DNA of 64,000 nucleotides from assembly GCA_034423575.1 (NCBI GenBank), contig DAOUIF010000030.1, forward strand, positions 9,044 to 73,043, given 5' to 3'. A model generated the notes under the pieces. That model worked only from the letters and a program-made list of their open reading frames with translations. It did not search any database and had not been told where the DNA came from. Numbering within the stretch: the first letter of the stretch is position 1; every line of letters begins with the position of its first letter. Below are positions 28,901 to 37,935 of this stretch, in pieces. The position numbers and the translations under genes were made by a program. This DNA comes from Dehalococcoidia bacterium. GTDB lineage: Bacteria > Chloroflexota > Dehalococcoidia > Lucifugimonadales > UBA3495.

Positions 28901-29174
28901 GGGCCAGATCGAAGAGCAACTCATCCAATCCGCGTACCGGGGCGCCCGGGACCGGTTGAACCTGCCGGCTCGGCTCAACCGGAAGCTGGCGGAACTCACT
29001 GCGGTGGTAGCCGCCGCCGACTTCGCGCCGCCCCAGCAGGCGTACCAGGTGTTCGACTACCTCTCCGGCGAGATAGACCAACAACTGGCGGCGCTCCAGC
29101 AGGTCATGGACGAAGACGTGACCCAGTTCGCCAACCTGGTGCGAGACCTGGACATACCAACCATTGCGACGTAG
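25989..29174 (+). CDS. BNR/Asp-box repeat protein (sortilin/VPS10-like, glycosyl-hydrolase-like beta-propellers), 1061 aa
   Basis: At least 10 S-x-D-x-G-x-T-W type Asp-boxes (TNDGGTYW, STDGGQTW, SKDGGNTW, SVDGGDTW, SRDGGATW, TTDYGQSW and others). No obvious signal peptide. Confidence 0.8.
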   Translation: MTTSAVQQDPAPAHYIPQELLGAVRWRCIGPPRGGRVVAVAGDPVNPAVFYFGACAGGVWKTNDGGTYWENVSDGYFNTAAVGAIAVAPSDPNVVYAGMGEACIRGDVTYGDGVYRSTDGGQTWTNVGLSDTRHIGKVRVHPTNPDLVYVAALGHAYGPNNERGVFRSKDGGNTWEKVLFRSENAGAIDLSMDPNNPRILYASIWQTRRTPWSLISGGEGSGIFKSVDGGDTWTEITDNPGLPGGLKGRIGVAVSPAKSGRVWATIEAEDCGVYRSDNGGDDWELVSDERDLQGRPWYYQHIFADPQDADTVWILNYQCWKSVDGGRNFSRVTTPHGDDHDLWIDPNNPLRMIEGNDGGACVTFNGGETWSSIYNQLTAQFYHLTTDNRFPHRVYGTQQDNTAISVPSRTHKGAIPWGDCYVVGNSESGYIALHPNDPDTVISGAIGSSAGGGGNLLHYDHATGQVRIITVWPELYTGWGAKDMRYRFQWTYPIMFSPHDPQTLYVAGNVVFRSRDLGTSWEAISPDLTRHDPSTLEPSGGPITKDTSGAEIYATIFAFVESPHQQGVFWAGSDDGLVHLSRDGGATWDQVTPDGLPEWTLISMIEVSPHDPATAYIAATRYKLDDTRPMLYRTTDYGQSWTSITAGLPDDDYTRVVREDPVRAGLLYAGTETGPYVSFNQGDSWQPLRANLPVVPVYDLAVKDDNLVAATHGRSFWILDDLTQLRQLAPTLADGSFALLQPRDTYRVRSPFRDRKPSPGKNYRAGLGADVTYSESLGKAGETVRKFWDAGENPPDGAMIHYYLQEAPEEITLTIQDANGETIQSLSSKPPEADADAGESRPPAEAGMNRFVWNLRYPAARKVPEDKTTEDAVIGPLASPGPYQVSLQVGDDTQSQPFQIVRDPRVGASQEDFDAQFKFLIEIRDKVSETHDGINQLRRVRQQVDQWVSRADGHPSAETVGTTAESVKEKLGQIEEQLIQSAYRGARDRLNLPARLNRKLAELTAVVAAADFAPPQQAYQVFDYLSGEIDQQLAALQQVMDEDVTQFANLVRDLDIPTIAT

Positions 29175-29249
29175 GCGGGTAGGACGGCTCCGCCCGCTCT
29201 CCGAGCCGATGTGACCTGCAGGCGTGCCGCCGATGCGTAATTAGGTCGG

Positions 29250-29582
29250 TCAGTCGGTGAGCAGGATGTAGACCGCGCCCGACGGGGACAGGTCGTGGTG
29301 CGAATGTCCCTTGCCGGTGACGTCCTCCATCAAGCGGATGTCACCGGCGCGCAGGACCCGCTTGGAGCCGTCGCTGGCCCCGATCTCAACCTCGCCCGAC
29401 AAGTGGATTATCAGCCGGCGCTCCGGCAGTGGATGAAAGTCCATCTGCCTCGACCCGTCAAATTCCTGGACGCGCGCCTCCGAAATGTTGATCAGGGCCC
29501 CCAGCTCGGGGTGCTCCTCCAGGTTCAGGTCCTCGATGTGGCTTTCGCCGTCGGCGTCCGAAAATACCCGGTAGATTGCCAT
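29250..29582 (-). CDS. cupin domain protein
   Basis: 110 aa small beta-barrel pattern (IIHLSGEVEIGASDGSKRVLRAGDIRLMED). Confidence 0.65.
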   Translation of the reverse strand: MAIYRVFSDADGESHIEDLNLEEHPELGALINISEARVQEFDGSRQMDFHPLPERRLIIHLSGEVEIGASDGSKRVLRAGDIRLMEDVTGKGHSHHDLSPSGAVYILLTD

Positions 29583-29779
29583 CTTTCCCCCTAATGTTTG
29601 TCAATGTTTGTCGAAATCAGCCGCCGGCGCGCGCCGGCCCGACACTGCCAACCACGTTACCACGCTGACGGGGCTGGATTGACAAATGCATAGGCGGCGC
29701 CAGCGGGAACCGTTGCGTTGTGCGGGTGTCAGTGTGTATTCTGACATCCCCAGCGCGCATAGTGATCATCGCATTCATA

Positions 29780-31021
29780 ATGCCGGAATTCTTCAACGTG
29801 CTGCCTCCGGGGGAGGCGTTGGCGTTGCTCCTGGATCTGCTTCCGGAGCGACCTGCCATAGGGGTGTGTTCGGTGGACACTGCCCATGCGTTAGGCAGGG
29901 TCACCGCCGCGGAAATCCGAGCAGCTGAATCCCTTCCCGCTTTTCCCCGCTCCACCATGGACGGCTACAGCGTGCGTGCGGCGGACACCTACGGGGCCAG
30001 CGACGGATTGCCGGCCTGGTTCACGCTTGTGGGCGAGGTGCCCATGGGATGCGCACCCGACGTCAGCTTGGGTGTCGGCGAGGCCGCGGTTGCGTACACT
30101 GGCGGGATGCTGGCAACGAACGCTGATGCCGTGGTGATGGTGGAGCATACCCAGGCAATCGACGCTCAAACCATCGAGGTGATGCGCCCGGTGGCTCCGG
30201 GAGAGAACGTCGCCCAGCCGGGTGAGGATGTGTTGGTGGGAGAAATGGTCCTCCCGGCTGGGCACATGATCCGGTCCCAGGATATCGGGGCACTGCTCGC
30301 GCTGGGCATCGAGCGGGTCGAAGTGGCCCAGCGGCCACGGGTGGGCATCCTGTCCATGGGCGACGAGGTGGTTCCCCCCGGTTCCACTCCCGGCCCGGGC
30401 CAGGTGCGGGACATCAACACCTACACCGTCGCGGGTCAGGTTGCCGCCGCCGGTGGGATCCCGCATCCCCTGGGTCTGGTGAGCGACGACTACGAGGAAC
30501 AACTGGTCGCGGCTCGGCAGGGGCTGGCTCAGTCTGACATGCTGGTGCTGTCGGCGGGCAGCTCGGTCAGCGCCCGCGATCGCACGGTGGACATCGTCGC
30601 CGAGCTTGGCGAGCCCGGCCCCCTGGTGCACGGGCTGGCGCTGCGGCCCGGGAAGCCGGCCATCGTGGGCCTGTGCGACGGCAAACCGGTCATCGGGCTG
30701 CCCGGGAACCCGGTGTCAGCCATGGTGGTGAGTAGCCTCCTGGTGCGACCGACGGTGTACCGGCTCATGGGTTGCGCCAGCCCGCCCCTGCCGGTCGAAC
30801 TGACGGCGGTGCTGTCGCAGGACATCCCATCCGCCGCTGGGCGCGAGGATTACGTGCCGGTGCGCCTGGCGCAGGGTGCCAGCGGGACAATGAAAGCCCA
30901 CCCGGTTTGGGGCAAGAGCGGCTTTATTTTCATGTTGGTCAAGGCCGATGGGCTGGTGAGAGTGCCCGCAGACGCCAGCGGCATCTACGCCGGCGAGCCA
31001 GTACGGGTACGGGAGTTGTGA
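29780..31021 (+). CDS. moeA: molybdopterin molybdotransferase MoeA
   Basis: MoeA N, MoCF-biosynthesis and C-terminal domains (FPRSTMDGYSVRA, RVGILSMGDEV, LRPGKPAIVG, GLPGNPVSAMV). The ATG at 29780 is preferred over the track start. Confidence 0.9.
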   Translation: MPEFFNVLPPGEALALLLDLLPERPAIGVCSVDTAHALGRVTAAEIRAAESLPAFPRSTMDGYSVRAADTYGASDGLPAWFTLVGEVPMGCAPDVSLGVGEAAVAYTGGMLATNADAVVMVEHTQAIDAQTIEVMRPVAPGENVAQPGEDVLVGEMVLPAGHMIRSQDIGALLALGIERVEVAQRPRVGILSMGDEVVPPGSTPGPGQVRDINTYTVAGQVAAAGGIPHPLGLVSDDYEEQLVAARQGLAQSDMLVLSAGSSVSARDRTVDIVAELGEPGPLVHGLALRPGKPAIVGLCDGKPVIGLPGNPVSAMVVSSLLVRPTVYRLMGCASPPLPVELTAVLSQDIPSAAGREDYVPVRLAQGASGTMKAHPVWGKSGFIFMLVKADGLVRVPADASGIYAGEPVRVREL

Positions 31022-31025
31022 ACTC

Positions 31026-32987
31026 ATGGAGGACACGACGCCACACCGGTCGCACCGTCGCTACTTCCTGCAGGACATTCCGCTGGAAGAGGCGACGGCC
31101 CGCTGGTTCGGCGCCCTGAACGACGCCGGCGCCCTGGCTCAGATGCCCGGGGAGGATGCACCGCTGGCGGCCCCGGACATTGTCGGTCGGGTCACCGCCT
31201 GGCCGGTGTGGGCGATTGCGTCGTCGCCGCACTACGATGCCGCCGCCATGGACGGCATTGCGGTACGCGCGGCCGACACCGTCGGAGCCACCGAGACACG
31301 GCCCGTCGCTCTGGTGGTGGGGTGCCAGGCCGTTTGGGTTGACACCGGTGATCCAATGCCGGTGGGCATGGATGCCGTGGTGATGATCGAGCACGTGCAG
31401 CGCAACCCCACTGATCCGGACACCGTGCGAGTGTCCGACCCGGTCGCTCCGTGGCAGCACGTGCGGCCCCTGGGCGAGGATATCGTCGCCACCGAGCTGG
31501 TGCTCCCCGAAAACCACCGCATCACCCCCGCCGATCTGGGGGCCTGCGCCGCCGCCGGCCTCACCACCGTTCCGGTGCGCCGCCGTCCCCGGGTCACGAT
31601 CATCCCCACCGGGGATGAACTGGCGCCCATCTCGGCGCCCAGAAAGCCTGGCGACATACCGGAGTTCAACTCACTGATCCTCGCGGCTCTGATCCGCCAG
31701 TGGGGTGGGGAGCCGGTGGTGATCGAGCCGGTACCGGACGATTTTGACGCCATCCGTCAAGCGGTTAGATCAGGTCTGGCATCGTCGGATGTCGTGGCGA
31801 TCAACGCCGGCTCCTCCGCCGGCGACGCGGACTACACCGCCGCGGTGATCGAATCGCTGGGAACGCTGCACGTCCACGGTATCGCGGTCCGTCCCGGGCA
31901 TCCGGTGGCCCTGGGCCTGGCGTCGGGGAAGGCCGTCATGGGATTGCCTGGATACCCCGTATCGGCGGCGCTGACGGCGGAACTGTTGCTGCTCCCCCTT
32001 CTGGAGCGGCTGCTGGGTTCGTCGATGCCCTCGCGCCCCCGTATCAGCGCCAACATCACCCGGAAGGTGGTATCACCCACCGGGGAGGATGAGTTCCTGC
32101 GCGTAGCAGTGGGCCAGGTGGGAAGCAAGATGATCGCGACGCCGGTGCAGCGCGGCGCCGGCGTGGTCATGTCGCTGGTGCGCGCCGACGGCATCGTTCG
32201 GATCCCCAGGCACACCGAGGGCGTGGATGCCGGCGCCGAGATGGAAGTGGAACTGCTCCGCCCGTTGGAGGAGGTGCGGAATACCATAGTCGCCATCGGC
32301 AGCCACGACCTCGCGCTGGACCTGATGCGCAGTTTCCTGCGACGCGGGCGCCCGTCGGTGAATCTGGCGTCGGCCCATGTGGGCAGCCTCGGCGGACTGC
32401 TGGCCTTGCGGCGGGGCGAAGCGCACGTCTCCGGCTGCCATCTGCTGGATACGGAGAGCGGCGAATACAACACGTCCTACGTGCGCCGGTACCTGCCGGA
32501 TACGCCCGTCGCCATTGTTCGCCTGGTGGGACGCACGCAGGGGTTGATGACCGCCCCTGAAAACCCGCTGAACATCGCCCGCCTCGAGGACCTGCTCCGA
32601 CCCGACGTCAGGTTCGTCAACCGCCAGCGGGGATCGGGCACCCGGGTGCTCCTGGATTACCGCCTCCAGCAGATGGGGGCAACGCCCGATGACATCGTCG
32701 GTTACCAGCGCGAGGAGTACAGCCACCTGGCGGTGGCAGCGGCAGTTTCGGGAGGATCGGCCGATACCGGCTTGGGCGTTCTGTCGGCGGCCCGGGCCCT
32801 GGAGTTGGAATTCGTGCCTCTGCTGAATGAGGAGTATGATCTGATTATCCCCACGGAACACTACGAGAGCGGTCATGTTCAACCCCTGCTGGACCTGCTC
32901 ACCGCCTCCGATTTCAAACAGGCCGTGGATGACCTGGGCGGCTACGATGTTTCCCGGATGGGCGAACCGCGAGCGATGTTGCCATGA
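31026..32987 (+). CDS. MoeA-type molybdopterin biosynthesis protein fused to a C-terminal periplasmic-binding-protein-like domain (653 aa)
   Basis: MoeA core (AAMDGIAVRA, RVTIIPTGDEL, VRPGHPVALG, GLPGYPVSAAL) followed by about 240 aa of PBP-like sequence (VAIGSHDLALDL..., FVNRQRGSGTRVLLD). Confidence 0.85.
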   Translation: MEDTTPHRSHRRYFLQDIPLEEATARWFGALNDAGALAQMPGEDAPLAAPDIVGRVTAWPVWAIASSPHYDAAAMDGIAVRAADTVGATETRPVALVVGCQAVWVDTGDPMPVGMDAVVMIEHVQRNPTDPDTVRVSDPVAPWQHVRPLGEDIVATELVLPENHRITPADLGACAAAGLTTVPVRRRPRVTIIPTGDELAPISAPRKPGDIPEFNSLILAALIRQWGGEPVVIEPVPDDFDAIRQAVRSGLASSDVVAINAGSSAGDADYTAAVIESLGTLHVHGIAVRPGHPVALGLASGKAVMGLPGYPVSAALTAELLLLPLLERLLGSSMPSRPRISANITRKVVSPTGEDEFLRVAVGQVGSKMIATPVQRGAGVVMSLVRADGIVRIPRHTEGVDAGAEMEVELLRPLEEVRNTIVAIGSHDLALDLMRSFLRRGRPSVNLASAHVGSLGGLLALRRGEAHVSGCHLLDTESGEYNTSYVRRYLPDTPVAIVRLVGRTQGLMTAPENPLNIARLEDLLRPDVRFVNRQRGSGTRVLLDYRLQQMGATPDDIVGYQREEYSHLAVAAAVSGGSADTGLGVLSAARALELEFVPLLNEEYDLIIPTEHYESGHVQPLLDLLTASDFKQAVDDLGGYDVSRMGEPRAMLP

Positions 32988-33511
32988 CCAGTTACCCTGA
33001 ATCCCGCATCGCGAGCCGGCGTGCCGAGTTGGACGCCCAACTCGCGGCCAACGGCGACGAGCATCCGGATACCCTGCGCGCCCAGCATCGTTTGGCTCAC
33101 GCCTATCGCGCCGCCCGCCGGTTCGACGAGGCCTTGCGCTGGTTTGACCTGGCTGTCGAAGGCAGCGCCCGGGTGCACGGACCGAGTCACCTTGAAACGC
33201 TGCGCTGCCGGAGCAGTCTCGCCAATTGCCACTACGCCGCCGGACACACCGACGTAGCCATAGAAATGTTCGGCGCCCTGTTCGAGGCGCGCCGCGCCGC
33301 GTTGGGCGAGGACCATCCGGACACTTTGCGCAGCCGGGGGAGCTTGGCCAACGCGCTGCACACCATGGGTCGCTACGACGAGGCCGCGAGGCTGCACCTC
33401 CGCAACGCCGGCGATCGGGCCGAGACCCTGGGCCGCCAGCATCCTTCCACCGAGGCCAGCCTCCGCAATCTGGCGAGGGCCGTGCGGGAGACCGGCGCGG
33501 ATACGACCTGA
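32984..33511 (+). CDS. tetratricopeptide repeat protein (TPR_10/12-like), ATGA overlap with the upstream gene
   Basis: Four repeats of the HPDTL-x-hydrophobic-LA-x-Y type (HPDTLRAQHRLAHAY, HLETLRCRSSLANCH, HPDTLRSRGSLANAL, HPSTEASLRNLARA). Confidence 0.8.
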   Translation: MTSYPESRIASRRAELDAQLAANGDEHPDTLRAQHRLAHAYRAARRFDEALRWFDLAVEGSARVHGPSHLETLRCRSSLANCHYAAGHTDVAIEMFGALFEARRAALGEDHPDTLRSRGSLANALHTMGRYDEAARLHLRNAGDRAETLGRQHPSTEASLRNLARAVRETGADTT

Positions 33512-33513
33512 TC

Positions 33514-34824
33514 TTGGCCACCGGGGAAGTAGCCAGCAGGACATCCGATCCGGAACGACCGGGTTCCGAAGCCAGCACTTCGGTTCGCGCCTGGTCGGTC
33601 CTGCTTTTGAACCGGACCCACCAAAGCACGGTGGTGCTGTCTTCCTATGGACTGGGGCTGTTCCTGCCCTTTGTGCAGGCGGACCTGGATCTCAGCTACC
33701 TGGAGATAGGCATTATGCAAGCGGTCTGGTGGGGCACGCCGGCGGTGTTGCTGGTCCCCTTCAGCCTGATTTTTGCCCGGTTCAACCCCAATCGCCGGGT
33801 GTTGGCCGCGTTGGCGCTGATGGCGCCGTGCCTGTTCAGCCAGGGGCTCGCCATCGGGTTCTGGACCCTGCTGGCTTCCCGGTTCCTGACGGTGCTGGTC
33901 CACGCGTCCATGTCGCCGGCGCGTCCGCTGCTGCTGCGCTGGTGGGCCGCTCCCCGGCAGTACTCCACCGTGGCCTCCTTGGGCCTGTCCATGCATTCCA
34001 CCTTCATGGCGGGGGCCCTCACCTTCGGACCTATCATCATCGTGGTGCTGGACAGTTGGAGGCTGGCCTACTTCGTGCAGGGCGCCATTATGGCTGCACA
34101 TCTCTTGGTGTGGGCGTTGCTGACCTGGAGCTCGAAGGAGCCGGCGCAGGGCCCCGAGGACGCAGCCGCGCCGTCGCCGGACGTTCCGACGGAGAGGGAA
34201 GAGGGCACTACGGAACCGGACACCGGGCCCCCGTTGATCCGGTCGCTGCTCGCATATCCTCACGCTTGGCTGCTGGGCGTGGTCATGCTGTGGCTGTCAG
34301 CGTCGTGGACAACGATTCTGACCTTTCTGCCCACGATTCTGGAGCAGCACCGGGGCATCGCAATCACGTCAGGGAGCGTGCTGTTCGGATTCCTGTATTA
34401 CGTCCTGATACCGGGCGCGCTGGTGGGTAGTTGGATTTTCAATCACATCACCAACCGGAGGCTCCTGGTCTTGTTGCCGGCGGTGCTCAACCTCGCCGCC
34501 ACCGTTGGCGCGGTCCTGGCCGGCAACGTGGTAATCGCCGCGTTGACCCTGACTGGCTTGGGGATTGCCTGGGTGTTCGTTCCGGCGATGGAGATACTGC
34601 CCTTTGAGTTCAGGAACATCCGGACGCGAGAGGTGTCGGTGTTGTCCGGGTTGGTGCAGACCTTCGGCGCGGTGGGCTTCGGGGCCGGCCCGGTGATTGC
34701 CGGGGCGCTGGCCCAGGTTTCCGGATCGTTGGTCACCGGAGTCCTGGCCGTGGGAGCGATGACCGCTTTGGCAGTGGTGGCCGCTGCCGCGCTGCCGGGA
34801 AGGTTCGGGGGGAGGCTGGTGTGA
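33514..34824 (+). CDS. MFS transporter (start uncertain)
   Basis: About 12 TM helices. The track ORF's N-terminal extension overlaps the TPR gene and is rejected. The TTG at 33514 is the first plausible start after the TPR stop. Confidence 0.7.
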   Translation: MATGEVASRTSDPERPGSEASTSVRAWSVLLLNRTHQSTVVLSSYGLGLFLPFVQADLDLSYLEIGIMQAVWWGTPAVLLVPFSLIFARFNPNRRVLAALALMAPCLFSQGLAIGFWTLLASRFLTVLVHASMSPARPLLLRWWAAPRQYSTVASLGLSMHSTFMAGALTFGPIIIVVLDSWRLAYFVQGAIMAAHLLVWALLTWSSKEPAQGPEDAAAPSPDVPTEREEGTTEPDTGPPLIRSLLAYPHAWLLGVVMLWLSASWTTILTFLPTILEQHRGIAITSGSVLFGFLYYVLIPGALVGSWIFNHITNRRLLVLLPAVLNLAATVGAVLAGNVVIAALTLTGLGIAWVFVPAMEILPFEFRNIRTREVSVLSGLVQTFGAVGFGAGPVIAGALAQVSGSLVTGVLAVGAMTALAVVAAAALPGRFGGRLV

Positions 34825-36266
34825 TAGCATTGGGCATCCAGCGCGGACGCATTGGAACCAAGAGCGCGCACGCCGTGACTTCCCCCCTCAACGTTAACCT
34901 GCACACCGCGCCAGCCGACGCCGGCGACGGGGCGATCCTGCCGAACCTCTTGATGTTCGGCGAAGTGCTCCGCCGCCTGGGACTGGACGTGGGTTCCGGG
35001 AACATGCTGGACCTGGTGCGGGCTACCGAGTTCGTGCCCATCGGAGGCAGTCGCAACGACTTCCGGCTCGCGGCGCGGGCGCTGCTGGTGCACCGTCGCA
35101 GCGACCTCGAGCTGTTTGACGAGGCGTTTCAGGTCTTCTGGAGGCGGCCGGCCCACGGACGGAGCATGCGAGACCTGCGCTCCATGGGCGAGGAGCGTCG
35201 ATATCGCACACCCCGGGTGATGCCGCACCGCGAGGACACCTCCGACGGACCACCGGCCGACGACGATCCCGACGATGCCGGCGACCGGCAGCCCGTGGTG
35301 GACCTCCAACGATCCTTCAGCGCCCGCGAGGTCCTGAGGCAACGGGATTTCGCCGAGTACACGCCGGCCGAGGTGGCGGCCGCCCGTGTCCTTATGGCGG
35401 ACCTGCAATGGGACTTGGGCAGCCGCCGCACCCGCAGGCCCACCTGGGGTGATGGTCGTGACGTCGATCTGAGGCGCACCATGCGCCGGAGCCTGTCGCA
35501 CGGTGGCGAGATGCTGGACATCGCCCACCGCCGGCGCAAGACCAAGCCCCGGCCCCTGGCGCTGATCTGCGACGTCAGCGGATCCATGGAGCGTTACACC
35601 CGCATGCTGTTGCACTTCGTGCACACCGTCGCCGTCGGCGGGCAGCAGTTGGAGGCGTTCCTTTTCGCCACGCGCTTGACCCGCATCACTCGCCACCTGG
35701 AGCATCGTGGAGTTGACCGCGCGGTGTCGGAAGTGGCCCGCGCCGTGCCGGACTGGGCCGGCGGCACCCGCATCGGGGAGGCGATCAAAACGTTCAACTA
35801 TCGTTGGGCGCGCCGTGTCCTGCGGGGCGGCGCAGTCGTGCTGGTCATATCCGATGGGTGGGACCGGGGAGACCCGGAATTGCTGTCCCGCGAGATGGCG
35901 CGTCTGCAACGCAGTTGCCATCGGCTGATCTGGCTCAATCCGCTATTGGGTTCCCCGGGATACGAACCGTTGACCCGGGGAATGCAGGCGGCCATGCCGT
36001 ACATTGACGACTTTCTGCCGGCACACAACCTGCACAGCTTGCAGGAACTGGCGATGCACCTCAACCGGCTGACAGCGCGGCGCGCGCCACCGACGGTTCG
36101 CCGAAGCGCAGGCTCGGCTGGCGACGATGGAAACGTTCCGGATGGCGGCACTGCCCACGACGGCGGCGCGGCCGCCCGGTCGCGGCGGGAACTCAACCCG
36201 GCCCTGGCGCCGACGTTCCGGCATCCACTGTGGGGTCACCCTAACATACCGGGCGGACGCGGCTAG
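34821..36266 (+). CDS. VWA domain-containing CoxE-like protein
   Basis: MIDAS context LICDVSGSM and CoxE-type C-terminus ISDGWDRGD ... LIWLNPLLG. There is a GTGA overlap with the MFS stop. The start could also be the GTG at 34875. Confidence 0.8.
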   Translation: MIALGIQRGRIGTKSAHAVTSPLNVNLHTAPADAGDGAILPNLLMFGEVLRRLGLDVGSGNMLDLVRATEFVPIGGSRNDFRLAARALLVHRRSDLELFDEAFQVFWRRPAHGRSMRDLRSMGEERRYRTPRVMPHREDTSDGPPADDDPDDAGDRQPVVDLQRSFSAREVLRQRDFAEYTPAEVAAARVLMADLQWDLGSRRTRRPTWGDGRDVDLRRTMRRSLSHGGEMLDIAHRRRKTKPRPLALICDVSGSMERYTRMLLHFVHTVAVGGQQLEAFLFATRLTRITRHLEHRGVDRAVSEVARAVPDWAGGTRIGEAIKTFNYRWARRVLRGGAVVLVISDGWDRGDPELLSREMARLQRSCHRLIWLNPLLGSPGYEPLTRGMQAAMPYIDDFLPAHNLHSLQELAMHLNRLTARRAPPTVRRSAGSAGDDGNVPDGGTAHDGGAAARSRRELNPALAPTFRHPLWGHPNIPGGRG

Positions 36267-36658
36267 CCCGCTTGTCCAGGCGCGATTTCGTTGTAGAGGC
36301 TGGCGAGGGTGACGGCCAGCGCGTGGGGCCGCTCTTCGTATTCGGGGGTGGGGTACCACTCGTAGTCGAAGCTGCGGACAACGTTGCCCTCGATGCTGGT
36401 GCGCAGGCTGGAAACGATGACGCGAAACCCCAGGGCGTGGGTCGCCTGCTCGGCCAGTTGCTCAAGCACGATGTTGGGACAATCGAAGATCACCATGAAC
36501 CCGCCCTGGCGCTGCCCGTCGGTCACGCGCGCCCGGAACACCTTCCCGAACAGATCAATGTCGATGATGGTATACCGCCGTTCCTCCGCGCCGTGGTCGG
36601 GCCAGCCGATGTATATGTCGCCGCCCTCGGTCCAGTGGTGCATGAAAATAAGCTCCAA
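36263..36658 (-). CDS. hypothetical protein (131 aa)
   Basis: Host-like codon usage. Its stop shares the CTAG tetranucleotide with the convergent coxE-like stop. No family recognised. Confidence 0.55.
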   Translation of the reverse strand: MELIFMHHWTEGGDIYIGWPDHGAEERRYTIIDIDLFGKVFRARVTDGQRQGGFMVIFDCPNIVLEQLAEQATHALGFRVIVSSLRTSIEGNVVRSFDYEWYPTPEYEERPHALAVTLASLYNEIAPGQAG

Positions 36659-36945
36659 GTCGCGGATGCGCGAAATCCTAGCGGCAGCCGATCACCCGCG
36701 CAAGGGAGCCGCTGCAGGCAGTTGTCACGGTCTCCACCAGTCGTTCAAATATCCGAATTTCCGGCAGGCATGGTAGATCCAGTGGAACGGTTTCGTCGTA
36801 GTAAGACCGTGTGGCTGCTCTATCGTAACCGTCGTTGGGACAATGGAAGCTGCCCCCGTAAATTACAAGTCGTAATAAATCGTTACAAAAGCAGGTGTTT
36901 AGCCTCGCGGGGGACATTCACCCGTGGTACGATGATTAGCCTAAC

Positions 36946-37935
36946 GTGGAAACACTAAGGACATTGCGCAGAGCGCTGACCAGTTGGTATTTCGCCGGGC
37001 CGGCGGCCGTGATCCTCGGCCTCGCGATCGGAGCGGTAGTATTTTTCTTCGTTGCTCCCGGCAAGCCGGCCGTTGGCGTGATCAACATCCCGTTCACCGT
37101 CATCGATGGCGGTTCAGCGTTCGTTATCGGTCGTCATCTCGATTACGCCCTGCAAGACGACTCGATTAAGGCGGTGGTGATCGCCATTTCCAGCCCGGGC
37201 GGTGGCGCGTCCTCCAGCGAGCGCCTGTACTTCCACACCCGCCGCTTGCGCGACGAAAAACCGGTGGTCTTCGTGATGCACGGCATGGCTGCCAGTGGTG
37301 GTTACATGATGGCCATGGGAGGCAACTACATCTACGCCCAACCGACGTCCCTCGTCGGAAACGTCGGTGTCATCGGTATATCGGGTGGGACGCTGCCGCC
37401 AGTTTTGCCCGAAATCATCACCACCACCGGTCCACACAAGCTCACCGGCGGCTCCAGGCAGCATTGGATCAACTTGATTGACTTGGTCAAGGATCGGTTC
37501 GCAAAGATGGTAATGCATGAGCGCGGCGACCGTATTCGCATAACCGAGGCGCAGCTGCTCGAGGGTAACCTCTACGTAGGGCAGGATGCGGTGTCCCTGG
37601 GCTTGGTCGACGAAATCGGCGTGACTGGCGACGCTGTCGAAAAGGCGGCCGAGCTGGCCGGCATCGGCAGATACAAACTGGTCGACGTGAACGCCAAGGT
37701 CTTCGAGAAACACGGATGGCGGGCACAGCTCACCCAGGCGCCGCTGGACGCAATCCCCGCAGATGACGCAGGCACCGGGTCCGAATCGGATCGGGATGGA
37801 GTAGCGCCCGAAGACCAGTACGGGCCACCGCTGATGGGAGCTCTGGGTCAGGAACCGGTGGACCCGCTTTCGCACCTGCCGATCGATATCGGGCAGCCGA
37901 ATATCTACTACCTATATGCGGGTTATGGCTACTAA
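36946..37935 (+). CDS. sppA: signal peptide peptidase SppA (S49 family, 36K type)
   Basis: N-terminal TM helix, ISSPGGGASSSE, catalytic-serine context GMAASGGYMMA. GTG start. Confidence 0.85.
   Translation: METLRTLRRALTSWYFAGPAAVILGLAIGAVVFFFVAPGKPAVGVINIPFTVIDGGSAFVIGRHLDYALQDDSIKAVVIAISSPGGGASSSERLYFHTRRLRDEKPVVFVMHGMAASGGYMMAMGGNYIYAQPTSLVGNVGVIGISGGTLPPVLPEIITTTGPHKLTGGSRQHWINLIDLVKDRFAKMVMHERGDRIRITEAQLLEGNLYVGQDAVSLGLVDEIGVTGDAVEKAAELAGIGRYKLVDVNAKVFEKHGWRAQLTQAPLDAIPADDAGTGSESDRDGVAPEDQYGPPLMGALGQEPVDPLSHLPIDIGQPNIYYLYAGYGY

Noticed and set aside
33226-33513. N-terminal extensions of track ORFs: 33226 (MFS), 62091 (adenosyltransferase), 10590 (ferredoxin), 48802 (HicA), 57025 (DUF5615), 46709..46891 (antitoxin), 43236..43298 (VOC) and 1776 (glnA).
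   Set aside because: The extensions overlap neighbouring real genes or repeat elements and have Arg/Pro/Gly-rich translations. Internal starts with RBS-like sequences give products of the expected family length.
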